62,723 bases of DNA from a virus, in the IMG/VR virus record IMGVR_UViG_3300028920_000026, positions 128,001-190,723 of that record; one strand, given 5' to 3'. This document shows positions 35,828 through 46,496 of the stretch, one piece after another; the first letter of the stretch is position 1, and every line of letters begins with the position of its first letter. Both the position numbers and the translations under genes were made by a program. The notes below the pieces were generated by a model. That model did not search any database and had not been told where the DNA came from. It saw only the letters and a program-made list of their open reading frames with translations.

Positions 35828-38800
35828 GCAAGAAGAACACAAAGGGGTTCAGGCGCTCGCTTTCATCGTATACGCCTACGACGAAGATCAAGCTTGACTC
35901 GTCATACACGACGGGATACAACCTTGCGAACATCCAACCTCATGGCCTTGATCAAGTAACACTGCAAAACCTTGCGACTGGACTTCGTGATTACAAGCCG
36001 CCAGCAAAGGGAATCATGTCAACTGGCAGGCGCAAGAATCCGATTGCGTACTGGAGGTATGGTCGCAAAAACACCGTTACGCTCAGCCAGAAGAGGTTGA
36101 TGCCAAACGCCGCGCAGCGAGCGGCGGCAAGAAAATTTGACGCGATTGAGGACATCTCTGGCATCACACGTCAGCGTCCAGAGATTGTGATGGTAACAGA
36201 GTTCCATCCTGTGTTTGAAAAGGATAGGACAATCGAGGAGAACAAGTTCGCGTCGCAGTGGAACGTACGATCGTACGCAAAGTCCCAATTGACTGAACAT
36301 GGTCGGTTGATTGATGCGAGGTTCAATCTTGATTCATTGAACGTGCAGGGGATGCGTAGAACATTTAGAAGGTTATGGAAGCGAGCGAAGCGCAACAAGG
36401 CGCTTATGCAAAGGTTGAAGCGTCAGCGCAGGACGTTTGGTAACAAAATCAAGAGGCTTCGTACGACAGCGAACTTCATGATCCAGATGCTTCGTGTGAT
36501 GGAAAATACAAAGGAGCTGTTTGACCTTCGAGATCTTAGACATACCGCGGAATACAGCCAAAATCTTCACAGTGATTACAAGGAAGGTCAGGTCATTGTT
36601 CCTGATGACCAGTCACAGTACACACGTAACGAGTTGCTTGACTTTACAGAGAAGAACCTACCGGCAAATACATCGATTGCTCGAACGATGGAGCAGTACG
36701 GTTTTACGCGAACGGCGGTTGATTCAAAGTTTACGTCAACAAAGATCTGGTGCCAGTCAGTTCTTGAGTACAGGCACATGCTCGAGTACCATTCAGCGCA
36801 GCTATTGGATAGAGAATCATGGGCAAACAAGCGTGATCAACATCCGACTGCACTTGCCGCTCCGACGTATTTCAGACTCGATATAGCAAACAGAACTTCT
36901 GGCTTGACGCTCCCGACGATGCGTGCGATCGCGAATACCGAACCGTCGCTTGCAGACATTAATGCAGTGACAAATAATATCACACAAGCGTATCTGAAGA
37001 TGAACTGGGGCATTGCAAACAATACCACTCGTATTGCTGCATGGCTGTGGCTGTTTAGCAAGGAGTTTAGGTTCAGCAATGGCCTTGCGAAGCAGGAGGT
37101 CCGCGACGCGCTCAAGAACGGGTTCAGATACAATGTTTCAAACGGTCAAAATGCAGACGTGTTTGAAAGTGTCTTTGGGCTCAGAACGTATGCTATTGAC
37201 CAGGTTCCGGCAACGATTGGAAGGGACCTCTTTTCGTTGGCATACGAGCGACCTGATACCTCAACGGCGGTCATGAATTTTGAATCGAAGTACCTAGAAG
37301 GGACATCAGGAATTCTTTCACCGGGTAGTGAATACTATGTTGACGATGTGCTCGATAATTTTGGACAGACCGTCAGGCCTTCTAAATCGATTGATACGGC
37401 TGACAAAACAAACTATGAATTCGACACAACGAGGCTAAAGGCGTTTGTGAAGCGTCTTGATGAAACACGCACAGCGTTTGAAGCAGTATCAAATGGAATG
37501 AACTTTATGGCTCACTGGCGTGGTGACGATAGAAAGTCCGTCAGTTCGGAACGCGCCATTGCACATCCACCGACGTTCTATAGTTGGATGACGAACAAGT
37601 TCGTCAATATGTCGAAACACGAACTCGACAAGAAGTATGCAGAGGACAACATGACGGGCGTCCTTTCGCTTGCCGCGAAGGACGTAAGATTAAAGTCATC
37701 ATTGTTCATGTTGCTAATGCTAAGAATGTTTCGGGAGAAGCCTCAGACATCTCGCGCTCCCGAGGCGTCAAGAGGGTTGCAGATCGGAAGAGGCAACTTT
37801 ACGACGATTAGACAGGCAGCAAATGTTGTCGTCTCGAAGGTCAAGGCGAACGTTAAGAAGGTTCGTGTCATCAGGACGTCGAATATAAAGGCGTACACGT
37901 CTAAGACGTATACTATGTCATCGGCACAGCTTGCGACGATGTTGGCAAACGGCTCGTCACCGACGTGGGAAAAGATCGAGGAAATATTCAGGTCGATCTA
38001 CAACGCGATGGTTGATCGTGGCGAGGTGATCATTGGTGACAGGACTCGCTACGCTGGTGTCCTTGATACGATGATGATGATGATCGCATTTGAGGTGCTG
38101 ATATCAATCTTTGAAAAGTACTCAAAGCTGCGCGTAAATACCACGACACGCTACGCGCTCTTCCCAGGATACAGGACAGACAGGACAAGTTACACAACAT
38201 CATCTGATGTTATCTTTTTCGATAGCGTAAAGATAGATGCATCAGCGACACGACATGAATTCACTAAAGTCATATCGCGTTTGTTTGTCGAGAGACGTAG
38301 GATGATCATGGGATACGTCGCGCTCTATGCGTCGATGAATACCATCAGAGGAAACCTACAGGCATTTATAAACTACCTCGAATCGCGCAAGACAAAGGAA
38401 CACGTACAGAGGTTAATTGGATTTACGCCCGGATTTGAGGATCCTCGGTTTATGCGACTCATCTTCAACGAACAGCAGATGATGCTGTTTGCATCATCGA
38501 TCTATGATACGACGACGATGTTGAAGAAGTTTTACAGGTCACCTGACATCGATGCAGACGGCGATAGGGATGTTGACGATGCGTTTGATGTATTGGATGA
38601 AAGCATCGTTTCGCCGCACGTAAGAAGGTTGTTTATGGCGACGTTCGGCGATACGCAATTCGCCCAACGTGAAGGAAACAACAAGCAGATCATTACCATA
38701 GGTTTTCCACTTGGTTTCGTCGAAGCATTCAATCAATCGGTCAACACAGATAAGGCAACTGCAACGTCGTTTGATAAGAAACAAAATGATATCATCAAGC

Positions 38801-39978
38801 TGAACGTCTATAAAGTTGATATGCGACATCCAGAGGTGATATTCAAACCGCAGACGTTCTTGTTTGAGATGTCAAGGTTTCCAGTCCGTGTCGGCGAGGC
38901 ACACCTGAAGGTGAAACCAACAGCAACATTCGATGATGTTGTCAATGCAATTGCGACTCGAGACTTGCTGCAGGATCCACACCAGAACGGTGACACAATC
39001 TACTATGGCAATACGTCAGATGCTGACATCATTTCTGATGGACATCAACCATCGTCAGCTCAGGTCAAACAGGCGTTGGCAGACGAGACGTATGACTTTC
39101 TTGATGATGAAGAAAAGCATGAGATCCTGACAAACACAGCGCTCAGCTACATGCTTGAGATCTACATCAAAGCCTTGACAAATCTGAATGTGGGTGAGTA
39201 TGCATTTTTCATGCGTCCCGAGGACGCGGTGAGGAAGGTCAACGCTGAAGTTGTTGATGACATGGTTAGATACGTGTTGGATGACATCATTGAGGACAAG
39301 AGCAAGCGTAGTCCCAAGAGACCAACCAGCATCACTCGTCCGAAGAGGCCAAGAAAATCTAGCCATGGGAAGCGTAATGCTCGCCTGTTTACGTCTGGCA
39401 ACTGGAGTTCGACAAAATCACGAAGCGGTGTTGCTGGAACTGCAAAACGCGACATTTCACCACGTACAGAACAGATTATTGCCTCGAAGGCTGGAGACGC
39501 TCGTGACCTTGCACCTGCGTCAATCAATGAGCTTGTTGGGAAGGCAACGGTCAAAGACATCCCTAAACTCTTGACGGAACTTCGAGCAATGAATGCGATT
39601 GCGAATACGTACAGCCCAATGTCCGATCCAGAGGCTGCTGCTAGGTCATACTTCTCACCGAGGATGTATGACAGGGTGTTCAATATCGTCGTAGATCCAG
39701 ATGATTTTGAGATCGATATTGACAAGACCATGGCGACTCCATACGGCAAGGCCGTCATGGAAGAACTCATCAGGGACGGTGAGGTTGAAGACATCAGGTT
39801 GAAGCTTTATAGGCGCTCACGGTATAGAAGGATGATCAACAGGTACAGGCGCTACTACCTCGCCCGAGGAAGCTGGAAGCCGATCTATAGGCAGCGATCA
39901 CGTGACAAGGGTGAAGGTGATATCATCTTTGAAAAGTATTTTATCACCGTTGAGACGTATGGAGAGGACGTCATATGA
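35824..39978 (+). CDS. Giant hypothetical protein 2 of 3 (1384 aa)
   Basis: Uninterrupted 4.15-kb ORF. It lacks polymerase, ATPase or protease motifs. The C-terminus is basic (KRPRKSSHGKRNARLF) and carries RYRR repeats. It is coupled by ATGA overlaps on both sides. Confidence 0.4.
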   Translation: MSKKNTKGFRRSLSSYTPTTKIKLDSSYTTGYNLANIQPHGLDQVTLQNLATGLRDYKPPAKGIMSTGRRKNPIAYWRYGRKNTVTLSQKRLMPNAAQRAAARKFDAIEDISGITRQRPEIVMVTEFHPVFEKDRTIEENKFASQWNVRSYAKSQLTEHGRLIDARFNLDSLNVQGMRRTFRRLWKRAKRNKALMQRLKRQRRTFGNKIKRLRTTANFMIQMLRVMENTKELFDLRDLRHTAEYSQNLHSDYKEGQVIVPDDQSQYTRNELLDFTEKNLPANTSIARTMEQYGFTRTAVDSKFTSTKIWCQSVLEYRHMLEYHSAQLLDRESWANKRDQHPTALAAPTYFRLDIANRTSGLTLPTMRAIANTEPSLADINAVTNNITQAYLKMNWGIANNTTRIAAWLWLFSKEFRFSNGLAKQEVRDALKNGFRYNVSNGQNADVFESVFGLRTYAIDQVPATIGRDLFSLAYERPDTSTAVMNFESKYLEGTSGILSPGSEYYVDDVLDNFGQTVRPSKSIDTADKTNYEFDTTRLKAFVKRLDETRTAFEAVSNGMNFMAHWRGDDRKSVSSERAIAHPPTFYSWMTNKFVNMSKHELDKKYAEDNMTGVLSLAAKDVRLKSSLFMLLMLRMFREKPQTSRAPEASRGLQIGRGNFTTIRQAANVVVSKVKANVKKVRVIRTSNIKAYTSKTYTMSSAQLATMLANGSSPTWEKIEEIFRSIYNAMVDRGEVIIGDRTRYAGVLDTMMMMIAFEVLISIFEKYSKLRVNTTTRYALFPGYRTDRTSYTTSSDVIFFDSVKIDASATRHEFTKVISRLFVERRRMIMGYVALYASMNTIRGNLQAFINYLESRKTKEHVQRLIGFTPGFEDPRFMRLIFNEQQMMLFASSIYDTTTMLKKFYRSPDIDADGDRDVDDAFDVLDESIVSPHVRRLFMATFGDTQFAQREGNNKQIITIGFPLGFVEAFNQSVNTDKATATSFDKKQNDIIKLNVYKVDMRHPEVIFKPQTFLFEMSRFPVRVGEAHLKVKPTATFDDVVNAIATRDLLQDPHQNGDTIYYGNTSDADIISDGHQPSSAQVKQALADETYDFLDDEEKHEILTNTALSYMLEIYIKALTNLNVGEYAFFMRPEDAVRKVNAEVVDDMVRYVLDDIIEDKSKRSPKRPTSITRPKRPRKSSHGKRNARLFTSGNWSSTKSRSGVAGTAKRDISPRTEQIIASKAGDARDLAPASINELVGKATVKDIPKLLTELRAMNAIANTYSPMSDPEAAARSYFSPRMYDRVFNIVVDPDDFEIDIDKTMATPYGKAVMEELIRDGEVEDIRLKLYRRSRYRRMINRYRRYYLARGSWKPIYRQRSRDKGEGDIIFEKYFITVETYGEDVI

Positions 39979-41924
39979 GCATCTCGCAACCATCGAAGGA
40001 AGTTTACGTTGTAGAGGTACCTGACTGCAAGGACTTTGAAGCATCGTTTACGTACAACTACTTTGAGCCTTCAGAAAGTGTCAGTGAATTTGCAGGTATT
40101 CCGTTGAAATACAGACAGAGGCCGACAGAGCAACGCGATGCGAGCTTTCAGAACTTTGCAGACACACGTGTTCCTCGTTGGGTTGCGCTGCGATGGTCGC
40201 TACCACGTTTACGCGTAAGAGGACTGTTTAGGATTGAGGAAGAACAGAGGGGCGATCAGTTTGACGTGGCGCCGTACAAGGACCTGATCAGAGGGAACCT
40301 TGACAAGATTCTATCAGAAGAGGCGTTTGCGTCTGAGAACTTTGTGTCGCTCGTGTTTCAGGACGGGCAAATGGACGAAACTATGTTCTTTGCTGCATCG
40401 GGTTCGTACGTCCAGCACACGATCGATGAGCCAGATGACAGGACAGACAGCACTCGTCGCGCGGCACTTCGGGCTTCGATGATAGCCCCAGCCGATGTGA
40501 ATCCAACGTTCATCAACGAGGCACTGGCACAACCTACCCTCGGTGAGGGCATCAAGTACCACAAGAACGTAAGCGACCTTAGACAAAACAGACGTACAGG
40601 TATCATTACCAGGCTTCTAAGGAAGGTCACAGCAGGTGCTCAGATCAATACACGCCTACTGTCTACGATGCTAAAGCAGGCGAACATAAGCCCATCGACT
40701 GATGCTGGTGATTTTGACGTCCTTCGTGATCTTGCTGATTCGTATGAGTCTACAGCAAATGCCCATGCAACAGATGATGTAGACGATACTAATTTTAAGC
40801 TGTACCTTCCTTACGTAGACGGCCGCGTCGACGAGTCGGGTTCTGGCAGGACACCACAAAGGTTTGCAAAGCTTGTTGGATACATCGTTGACAAGAACGA
40901 GGTGTTGAGTGATGGTACGTTCGTTGAAAAGGATCCGATCATCATTGAGAACCCTCGTGTCAAGGAGACGATTGACTTTGGTATCAGGTACAACGCAATG
41001 TACACGTACCAGGTCAGGGTAATCTACATGTTGACGGTTCCATCAATTGATGAAGAGACTGGTGACGTTGCAATATTGAAGATTCTTGTGAGCTCGCGTC
41101 CTACACACCTTGAGTACGTCCCAACGACAGAGGAGATCACACCGCCCCCGCCGACAGACATCAACTTTACGTGGGACTATAGACGACTCAATAGAGAAGG
41201 CAAACCTGGGAGCCTAATGATACACTGGACGTTTCCGCCAAACCCCCAGCGCGACATCAAGAGGTTCCAGGTATATAGGAGGAAGTCGGTCGAACACGCA
41301 TTCGAACTTGTCAAGATGTACGACTTTGACGATTCTCTGCAGCAGATTCCGTACAAAGAAGAGTATGATGAGCAGCAGATCGAGTACATTGACTCTCCGG
41401 CGACGTGGTGGTACGATGATGATTTTGTGAAGACATCACGTTTCATCTATACCGTCTGTTCGATGGACGCTCATGGGTACGTATCGGACTACGGTGCGCA
41501 GTTTGAGATTTGGTTTGATCTGTTTGAAAACAGCATCAAGAAGAGACTCATCAGTCACATGGGTGCTCCGGCAGCGTATCCAAACCTGTACATTGAGCAG
41601 GACCTTTTCGTTGATACGATCAGGGTGTCAGGTGAAAAGTCAAAGACGATGGCAGTGTACTTCAATCCAGAATACTACAGGCTGTACGACGACCACGACA
41701 AGAACATTCCTGTGTTTACTACGACGCAGGACGGTGGAAGTTATAGGTTGCAGTTCATCAACATGGACAACCAGAAGGATCAGGTTTTGACGATTTCAGT
41801 GGACGACATCGTCAAGAGGACGAAGGCCGAATACGTTGATGAAACCATCGATTCAAAGGCACTAGATGCTGCCGCCGCCACCCGTGCGGCGAGAGCCTGT
41901 AACCTACGTAAGACATACAGCTGA
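39975..41924 (+). CDS. Giant hypothetical protein 3 of 3 (649 aa)
   Basis: Uninterrupted ORF. ITPPPPTDINFTWDYRRLNREGKPGSLMIHWTFPPNPQRDIKRFQVYRRKS resembles an FN3-like module. Confidence 0.4.
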   Translation: MSISQPSKEVYVVEVPDCKDFEASFTYNYFEPSESVSEFAGIPLKYRQRPTEQRDASFQNFADTRVPRWVALRWSLPRLRVRGLFRIEEEQRGDQFDVAPYKDLIRGNLDKILSEEAFASENFVSLVFQDGQMDETMFFAASGSYVQHTIDEPDDRTDSTRRAALRASMIAPADVNPTFINEALAQPTLGEGIKYHKNVSDLRQNRRTGIITRLLRKVTAGAQINTRLLSTMLKQANISPSTDAGDFDVLRDLADSYESTANAHATDDVDDTNFKLYLPYVDGRVDESGSGRTPQRFAKLVGYIVDKNEVLSDGTFVEKDPIIIENPRVKETIDFGIRYNAMYTYQVRVIYMLTVPSIDEETGDVAILKILVSSRPTHLEYVPTTEEITPPPPTDINFTWDYRRLNREGKPGSLMIHWTFPPNPQRDIKRFQVYRRKSVEHAFELVKMYDFDDSLQQIPYKEEYDEQQIEYIDSPATWWYDDDFVKTSRFIYTVCSMDAHGYVSDYGAQFEIWFDLFENSIKKRLISHMGAPAAYPNLYIEQDLFVDTIRVSGEKSKTMAVYFNPEYYRLYDDHDKNIPVFTTTQDGGSYRLQFINMDNQKDQVLTISVDDIVKRTKAEYVDETIDSKALDAAAATRAARACNLRKTYS

Positions 41925-41955
41925 ACATAACCGTTTCCAGTTGTACAATAGTGGC

Positions 41956-42357
41956 ATGGAAGAGCTAGAACCAGGGACGCTGGATGTGTTGGAGGGCGAT
42001 GGTTATCCCGGTTCGCTCGTCTGTCACTGTGACGATGAATGCTCACGAGGTGTCATCGTTTCTGAAAGATCAACGGGTATCGGTGTCATGTGGTCGGTCG
42101 AGCCGCACATCACAGATTTGTCGATCATCAAGGCAAGACTAAAAAAGGTCATGAATGATTACATTCGCAACGTCAATGATGATGCCATGATGAAAAATCT
42201 GATGTGGAGGTTTCAGTCAGAGCTTGATGTATTCCAAGCCCATCGCCGCATCCACGGTTTTACCGTCGATTTAAACCTTCAAAAGAGACAATTCTTGGTG
42301 AATATCCAACCGGTCGCAAGCATTCAGTACATGACGATGACCATCGACATAAGGTAG
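41956..42357 (+). CDS. Hypothetical protein (about 133 aa)
   Basis: The ATG at 41956 lies just after the stop of the 649-aa ORF. The product contains CHCDDEC. Confidence 0.3.
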   Translation: MEELEPGTLDVLEGDGYPGSLVCHCDDECSRGVIVSERSTGIGVMWSVEPHITDLSIIKARLKKVMNDYIRNVNDDAMMKNLMWRFQSELDVFQAHRRIHGFTVDLNLQKRQFLVNIQPVASIQYMTMTIDIR

Positions 42358-42613
42358 GATATGGAAAATAAACCACAGAAGATTGATCAACTTGCGCGTC
42401 ACAGGTGGACGATTCACGTTGATAGTGAAATTACCATTGACGGCGGAAAGCATCGGCGAAAGAACAGGAATCATTTTGCAAAAGAGTAAGGGTCAATTTG
42501 TGCAATTTGAGATTGGGTTTGCGTTTGTTGAGCAAAAATGCAGATTGGGTAAGGGGATCCTTTACAATTCAAGGAAGTAGTATGACAAAGTTTTGCGCAA
42601 CTACGAAAGAGTC

Positions 42614-43297
42614 ATGATCGTCTATAGTCTGACATCCAGAACCTCCGGAAAGTCGTACGTCGGAAAGACGATCAGGGCGCTTGACCAGCGTTGGCGTGAA
42701 CACGTTTACCATGCCATGAACGATTCTACCGAGATGCCTCTGTATGCCGCGATCAGGAAGTACGGGTCAGACGACTTTACCAAGGAGGTCCTCGCCGAGG
42801 CCGCGTCGGAAGAAGAGCTGAACGAGCTCGAGGTCAGGAATATCGCGGAACTCGGGACGTTCGTCAACGGTTACAACGCGACCCGAGGAGGCGACGGGAT
42901 AAGTGGGTACAGACACACCTCTGAGACAAAGAAGAGGTTTTCTGAGATGAGGAAGGGGTCAGGAAACCACAACTGGGGTGGGTTGAGCGAAGAACATGGG
43001 AGAAATATGGCTCGAGCAAAGGTTGGGATAGGCACGGGTCCAAGGCCACATGCTATGGGATGGCATCACACAAATGAAGCAAAAGAAAAGATCAGTAAAA
43101 ATTCGTCTTCTCAGCCGCGGACCCCAATTTCTGTACGCCAGCTAGATAGTATTGGTCAGGTTCTAGCAACGTATCCTTCTATGAGTCTAGCATCGCAAGC
43201 AGTTGGTGGCCGAGGTCGTGGGATCAAGGCGTGTTGTGAAGGTAGACAAGGGACTTATCTTGGATACCGTTGGGAGTTCGCAAATCCTAAAAGGTGA
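42614..43297 (+). CDS. GIY-YIG homing endonuclease with NUMOD3 DNA-binding repeats
   Basis: MIVYSLTSRTSGKSYVGKT...RWREH...NGYNATRGGDG is a GIY-YIG domain of the I-TevI/Seg type. It is followed by HTSETKKRFSEMRKG... and HTNEAKEKISKNS (NUMOD3-like repeats). Confidence 0.7.
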   Translation: MIVYSLTSRTSGKSYVGKTIRALDQRWREHVYHAMNDSTEMPLYAAIRKYGSDDFTKEVLAEAASEEELNELEVRNIAELGTFVNGYNATRGGDGISGYRHTSETKKRFSEMRKGSGNHNWGGLSEEHGRNMARAKVGIGTGPRPHAMGWHHTNEAKEKISKNSSSQPRTPISVRQLDSIGQVLATYPSMSLASQAVGGRGRGIKACCEGRQGTYLGYRWEFANPKR

Positions 43298-44019
43298 ATA
43301 ATATGGGTTGGTTAGATCATTCGACCAATAATCTGATTCTCGACGCAGTTCTTACAGACATCGGTCGTCAGTTTCTCGCGAGGAACGATGGATCGTTTTC
43401 GATCCACAAGTTTGCCTTGGGCGACGATGAGGTCGACTATGGCATCATCCAGAAGTACGGTCGCACCGTGGGCAAGGAGAAGATCGAAAAGAACACTCCT
43501 GTTTTTGAGGCGCTGACCAACCAGGCGCACGCACTCAAGTACAAGCTGGTGTCTGTCAGCAACCCAAATCTGCTTCGACTCCCCAGCTTCACGCTGTCGG
43601 GCGACTCGAACGTCGACGGGTTGAACTCGGCCGTTACGCTAGGTAGGACGACACAGAAGACGGCGTCCGTCACGATCGAACAGACGATCAAGAATGAAAC
43701 GCAGATCGATGTCGAGCTTCGCGATCAGACGTTTATCATCGAGCTTCCGAACCTGTTCGTTGAGATCCTGAACGATACACCTGAAAACATCGACGAACAG
43801 CAACGTGCGATGTACATCGTACCCAGAGCCCCTGCCGAAAACAGCTTTGGTGGTTCAACTGTACAGTTTACTCTCTCTGTGAAATCGCTTACGGATGCGA
43901 CGTTTACGACGTACGGAACGACCGCAAACAAGAACAAGATCAATGCCTTCCTGAAAGTCACAGGCGTCCAATCAGGAGCCGTCCAAGATATTTCATTGGT
44001 GATCGACAAGACGCTGTAA
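43294..44019 (+). CDS. Hypothetical protein (241 aa), possibly structural
   Basis: An ATGA overlap joins it to the GIY-YIG gene. The product is beta-rich. No motif recognised. Confidence 0.35.
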   Translation: MNNMGWLDHSTNNLILDAVLTDIGRQFLARNDGSFSIHKFALGDDEVDYGIIQKYGRTVGKEKIEKNTPVFEALTNQAHALKYKLVSVSNPNLLRLPSFTLSGDSNVDGLNSAVTLGRTTQKTASVTIEQTIKNETQIDVELRDQTFIIELPNLFVEILNDTPENIDEQQRAMYIVPRAPAENSFGGSTVQFTLSVKSLTDATFTTYGTTANKNKINAFLKVTGVQSGAVQDISLVIDKTL

Positions 44020-44035
44020 TAAGGTTTGTTTTACC

Positions 44036-44212
44036 ATGTGGCAAAAAGTAAATTCAAAAGAACCGCTTCAGTTTGACGATGTTCCAAAGATCATCTTTGC
44101 TGCTGTTACTATTGACGAAACGAACGTTAACATTGAAATGTTTGCAAACGTTTCAAAGCTTTCACCAGAAACGAGGCTTCTGGTTCGTCGTGAATTGGGA
44201 ATGGTGAAGTAA
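44036..44212 (+). CDS. Small hypothetical protein (58 aa)
   Basis: An ATG-initiated ORF fills the gap between two larger genes (MWQKVNSKEPLQFDDVPKII...). It is not in the supplied track, probably because it is under 60 aa. Confidence 0.25.
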   Translation: MWQKVNSKEPLQFDDVPKIIFAAVTIDETNVNIEMFANVSKLSPETRLLVRRELGMVK

Positions 44213-44214
44213 GA

Positions 44215-45456
44215 ATGGCAACCTTTAAAGAAATCCTCCCGTCAGACATCAAGACCGCTAGGTCGTTTCTTAACCAACTGATCGATGTTCTGCAAGAGGA
44301 CATTAGCGCGTCTGTTTCACGTAGGAAGTACCAAGTCTTCGTCACCGGTGGCGTCGGTCCGGGCGTCACCAGCTCTCTGTACCAGACAGTCTATGATCAG
44401 GACTTCACGCTCCAGACGGCAAACCCGATCTTTGATGTGACGTTCGGATTACGTCCTGATGGCGATACAGTAGCAACGTCTCAGACAGGCACGGACGCAG
44501 CAGGCAAGGAGCTCTTTCCATCGTCATCGCTCATGATGCGAGAGAAGATGGACATCTATAGGCAGTACGCCAAGGCGCTGCTCGGTGATTCGACCGCTGT
44601 CTTTACGAGTCCGTTTGATAGCAACGATGTTGGTGACCAGATTGATGTTCCATTGATGATCTCCTTCAAGCGACTGTTTGCAAGGGATCAGATCAAGCGT
44701 GAAACGTTCGCGATGAAGTTCTATCAGACGGCATCAGCCGTTGGTCCAAACGCCCAAGAGATCCCACCAGATGATGGTGATACGCAGGTCGGATATATTA
44801 CAAACCTAAACAGGACGTCGATCTCTGGATCTGCGATCTATACGGACGTCGGATCGTCAACGAACAAGCTTACGACGTTTGGAGGCCAGGTCGGTAACAT
44901 TGTCGATTCTGCAAATACGTCACGTAACGTCGGCCTGATGTTCTACGACAGGGGTATCGCGGTCTTCGATCTTGAGAAGATCACTTCTGCGAGTCAGTTC
45001 ATGTCAGGTGTCATCGACGGGATGACGCCTTCGGGCCTGCAGGTGCTCGGCGGTGCAAGCACCCCGACGTCTGGAACCGCAAAGTTTGTTCCTGACTTTG
45101 TCGTCTCAGCGAGCATCGACAATGTCATCGATCACGTGTGTTCAGCTAGGTTCCAGTCGGGTTCAAACACCGCGCTTACGTTTCAGAACGTTACAAACAT
45201 CAACTCGACGCTCATCTTCTGCAGGACGTCGGCAGACGAGTTCAACTATTCGGCGAATCCAACGTTCGTTGACAACGATAACAGGATTGTTGTCATCGAT
45301 CAAGGCCAAGAAGATACACAGCAGTCGTTCACCTTTGTGACGTCTGTCGGTCTGTATGACGCAAACGACAACCTGCTCGCTGTTGCAAAGCTTTCGCGAC
45401 CCGTTGAAAAGTCGCCCGAGAGAGACTTTACCCTAAGAGTTCGACTTGACTTTTAG
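44215..45456 (+). CDS. Hypothetical structural protein (413 aa) sharing a C-terminal domain with the 845-aa protein
   Basis: The C-terminus, FVTSVGLYDANDNLLAVAKLSRPVEKSPERDFTLRVRLDF, is clearly homologous to the C-terminus of the 46497-49034 ORF, FVYITGINFHDDNMNVVMKAQLAQPITKRFRDKLAFKVKIDF. Confidence 0.4.
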   Translation: MATFKEILPSDIKTARSFLNQLIDVLQEDISASVSRRKYQVFVTGGVGPGVTSSLYQTVYDQDFTLQTANPIFDVTFGLRPDGDTVATSQTGTDAAGKELFPSSSLMMREKMDIYRQYAKALLGDSTAVFTSPFDSNDVGDQIDVPLMISFKRLFARDQIKRETFAMKFYQTASAVGPNAQEIPPDDGDTQVGYITNLNRTSISGSAIYTDVGSSTNKLTTFGGQVGNIVDSANTSRNVGLMFYDRGIAVFDLEKITSASQFMSGVIDGMTPSGLQVLGGASTPTSGTAKFVPDFVVSASIDNVIDHVCSARFQSGSNTALTFQNVTNINSTLIFCRTSADEFNYSANPTFVDNDNRIVVIDQGQEDTQQSFTFVTSVGLYDANDNLLAVAKLSRPVEKSPERDFTLRVRLDF

Positions 45457-45506
45457 GATGTTTTTTTACTGGTATACAGAGCAATACGCTGAATTACTAT
45501 CTGTAC

Positions 45507-46478
45507 ATGCCGATGTACGGTTACGTATGCAAGAAGTGTGGTACAGAATTTCAATCGCCTAAGAAAGGTAAGAAGTACTGTTCACATGAGTGTTTCGCTC
45601 ACCGCTTTGATCCTGTGACGAAGACGTGCGAGACCTGTGGATGTGAATTCACGGTCGCGTATAGGTTTAGAGGTCAGAAGACGTGTGGTAAGGAGTGTGC
45701 AAAGTCGGTGATCTCAAAGACGTTGAACGCGCGTGAGGTGAAACAGTGCCTTGCGTGTGGGAAGGACTTTGAGGTTGTGCAATCGTACAAGGACGATGCA
45801 AAGTACTGTTCGTACGAGTGTTTTCTCTCGACTCGAGCAACTCGTCAGCCAAATGTAACAAAGGTCTGTGAGTATTGTGATCAGGAATTTGTTGTTCCGT
45901 TTGTGAAGAATAACAGGCGATTCTGTAACAAGAGCTGTGCAAACAGCGGTGAAAATAATGGGTCTTTTGGACTAACTGGATCTTTACATCCAACATCAAA
46001 TGTTTCAAGTTGGAATAAAGGTAAGACAAAGTACGATGATTCTCGGTTACGAATGCTAGGCGAAAAGATATCAACGATCATAGCTGATAAGATCGTTAGT
46101 GGAACATGGTCACCGCCTTCTACGGGATTCAAAGGCGAACACTACACCGGCATAAAGAACGGTGGTGAAGAGGTTTACCTACGTTCATCGTTTGAAAGTG
46201 CTGTTGCTCGAAGTCTAGACGAGGACGATGATGTTGTATCGTGGGTTCACGAACCGTTCAGGCTTCCGTACATGTTCGATGGTAGCATTCACAATTACGT
46301 ACCTGATTTTCTTGTTTTCTTTAGAGATTGTACCGAACTGTGGGAAGTCAAACCAAAGATGTTGACTGAAACTGTGCAGAATATCGCTAAACGTGAGGTT
46401 GCTACTGCATGGTGTACTTCAAACAAGACAACATATAGAGATGTTACAGAAGATGACATTGGCTTGCTGTCATGTTAG
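45507..46478 (+). CDS. Homing-endonuclease-like protein: five tandem zinc-ribbon repeats + C-terminal PD-(D/E)xK nuclease domain
   Basis: The repeats have the form C..CG..F.......YCS.EC (CKKCGTEF...YCSHECF; CETCGCEF...CGKECA; CLACGKDF...YCSYECF; CEYCDQEF...FCNKSCA). The C-terminal VVSWVHEPFRLPY...YVPDFLVFF...ELWEVKP is paralogous to the 13223, 49048 and 52421 ORFs. Confidence 0.5.
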   Translation: MPMYGYVCKKCGTEFQSPKKGKKYCSHECFAHRFDPVTKTCETCGCEFTVAYRFRGQKTCGKECAKSVISKTLNAREVKQCLACGKDFEVVQSYKDDAKYCSYECFLSTRATRQPNVTKVCEYCDQEFVVPFVKNNRRFCNKSCANSGENNGSFGLTGSLHPTSNVSSWNKGKTKYDDSRLRMLGEKISTIIADKIVSGTWSPPSTGFKGEHYTGIKNGGEEVYLRSSFESAVARSLDEDDDVVSWVHEPFRLPYMFDGSIHNYVPDFLVFFRDCTELWEVKPKMLTETVQNIAKREVATAWCTSNKTTYRDVTEDDIGLLSC

Positions 46479-46496
46479 AAGGGATACTTACACGAG

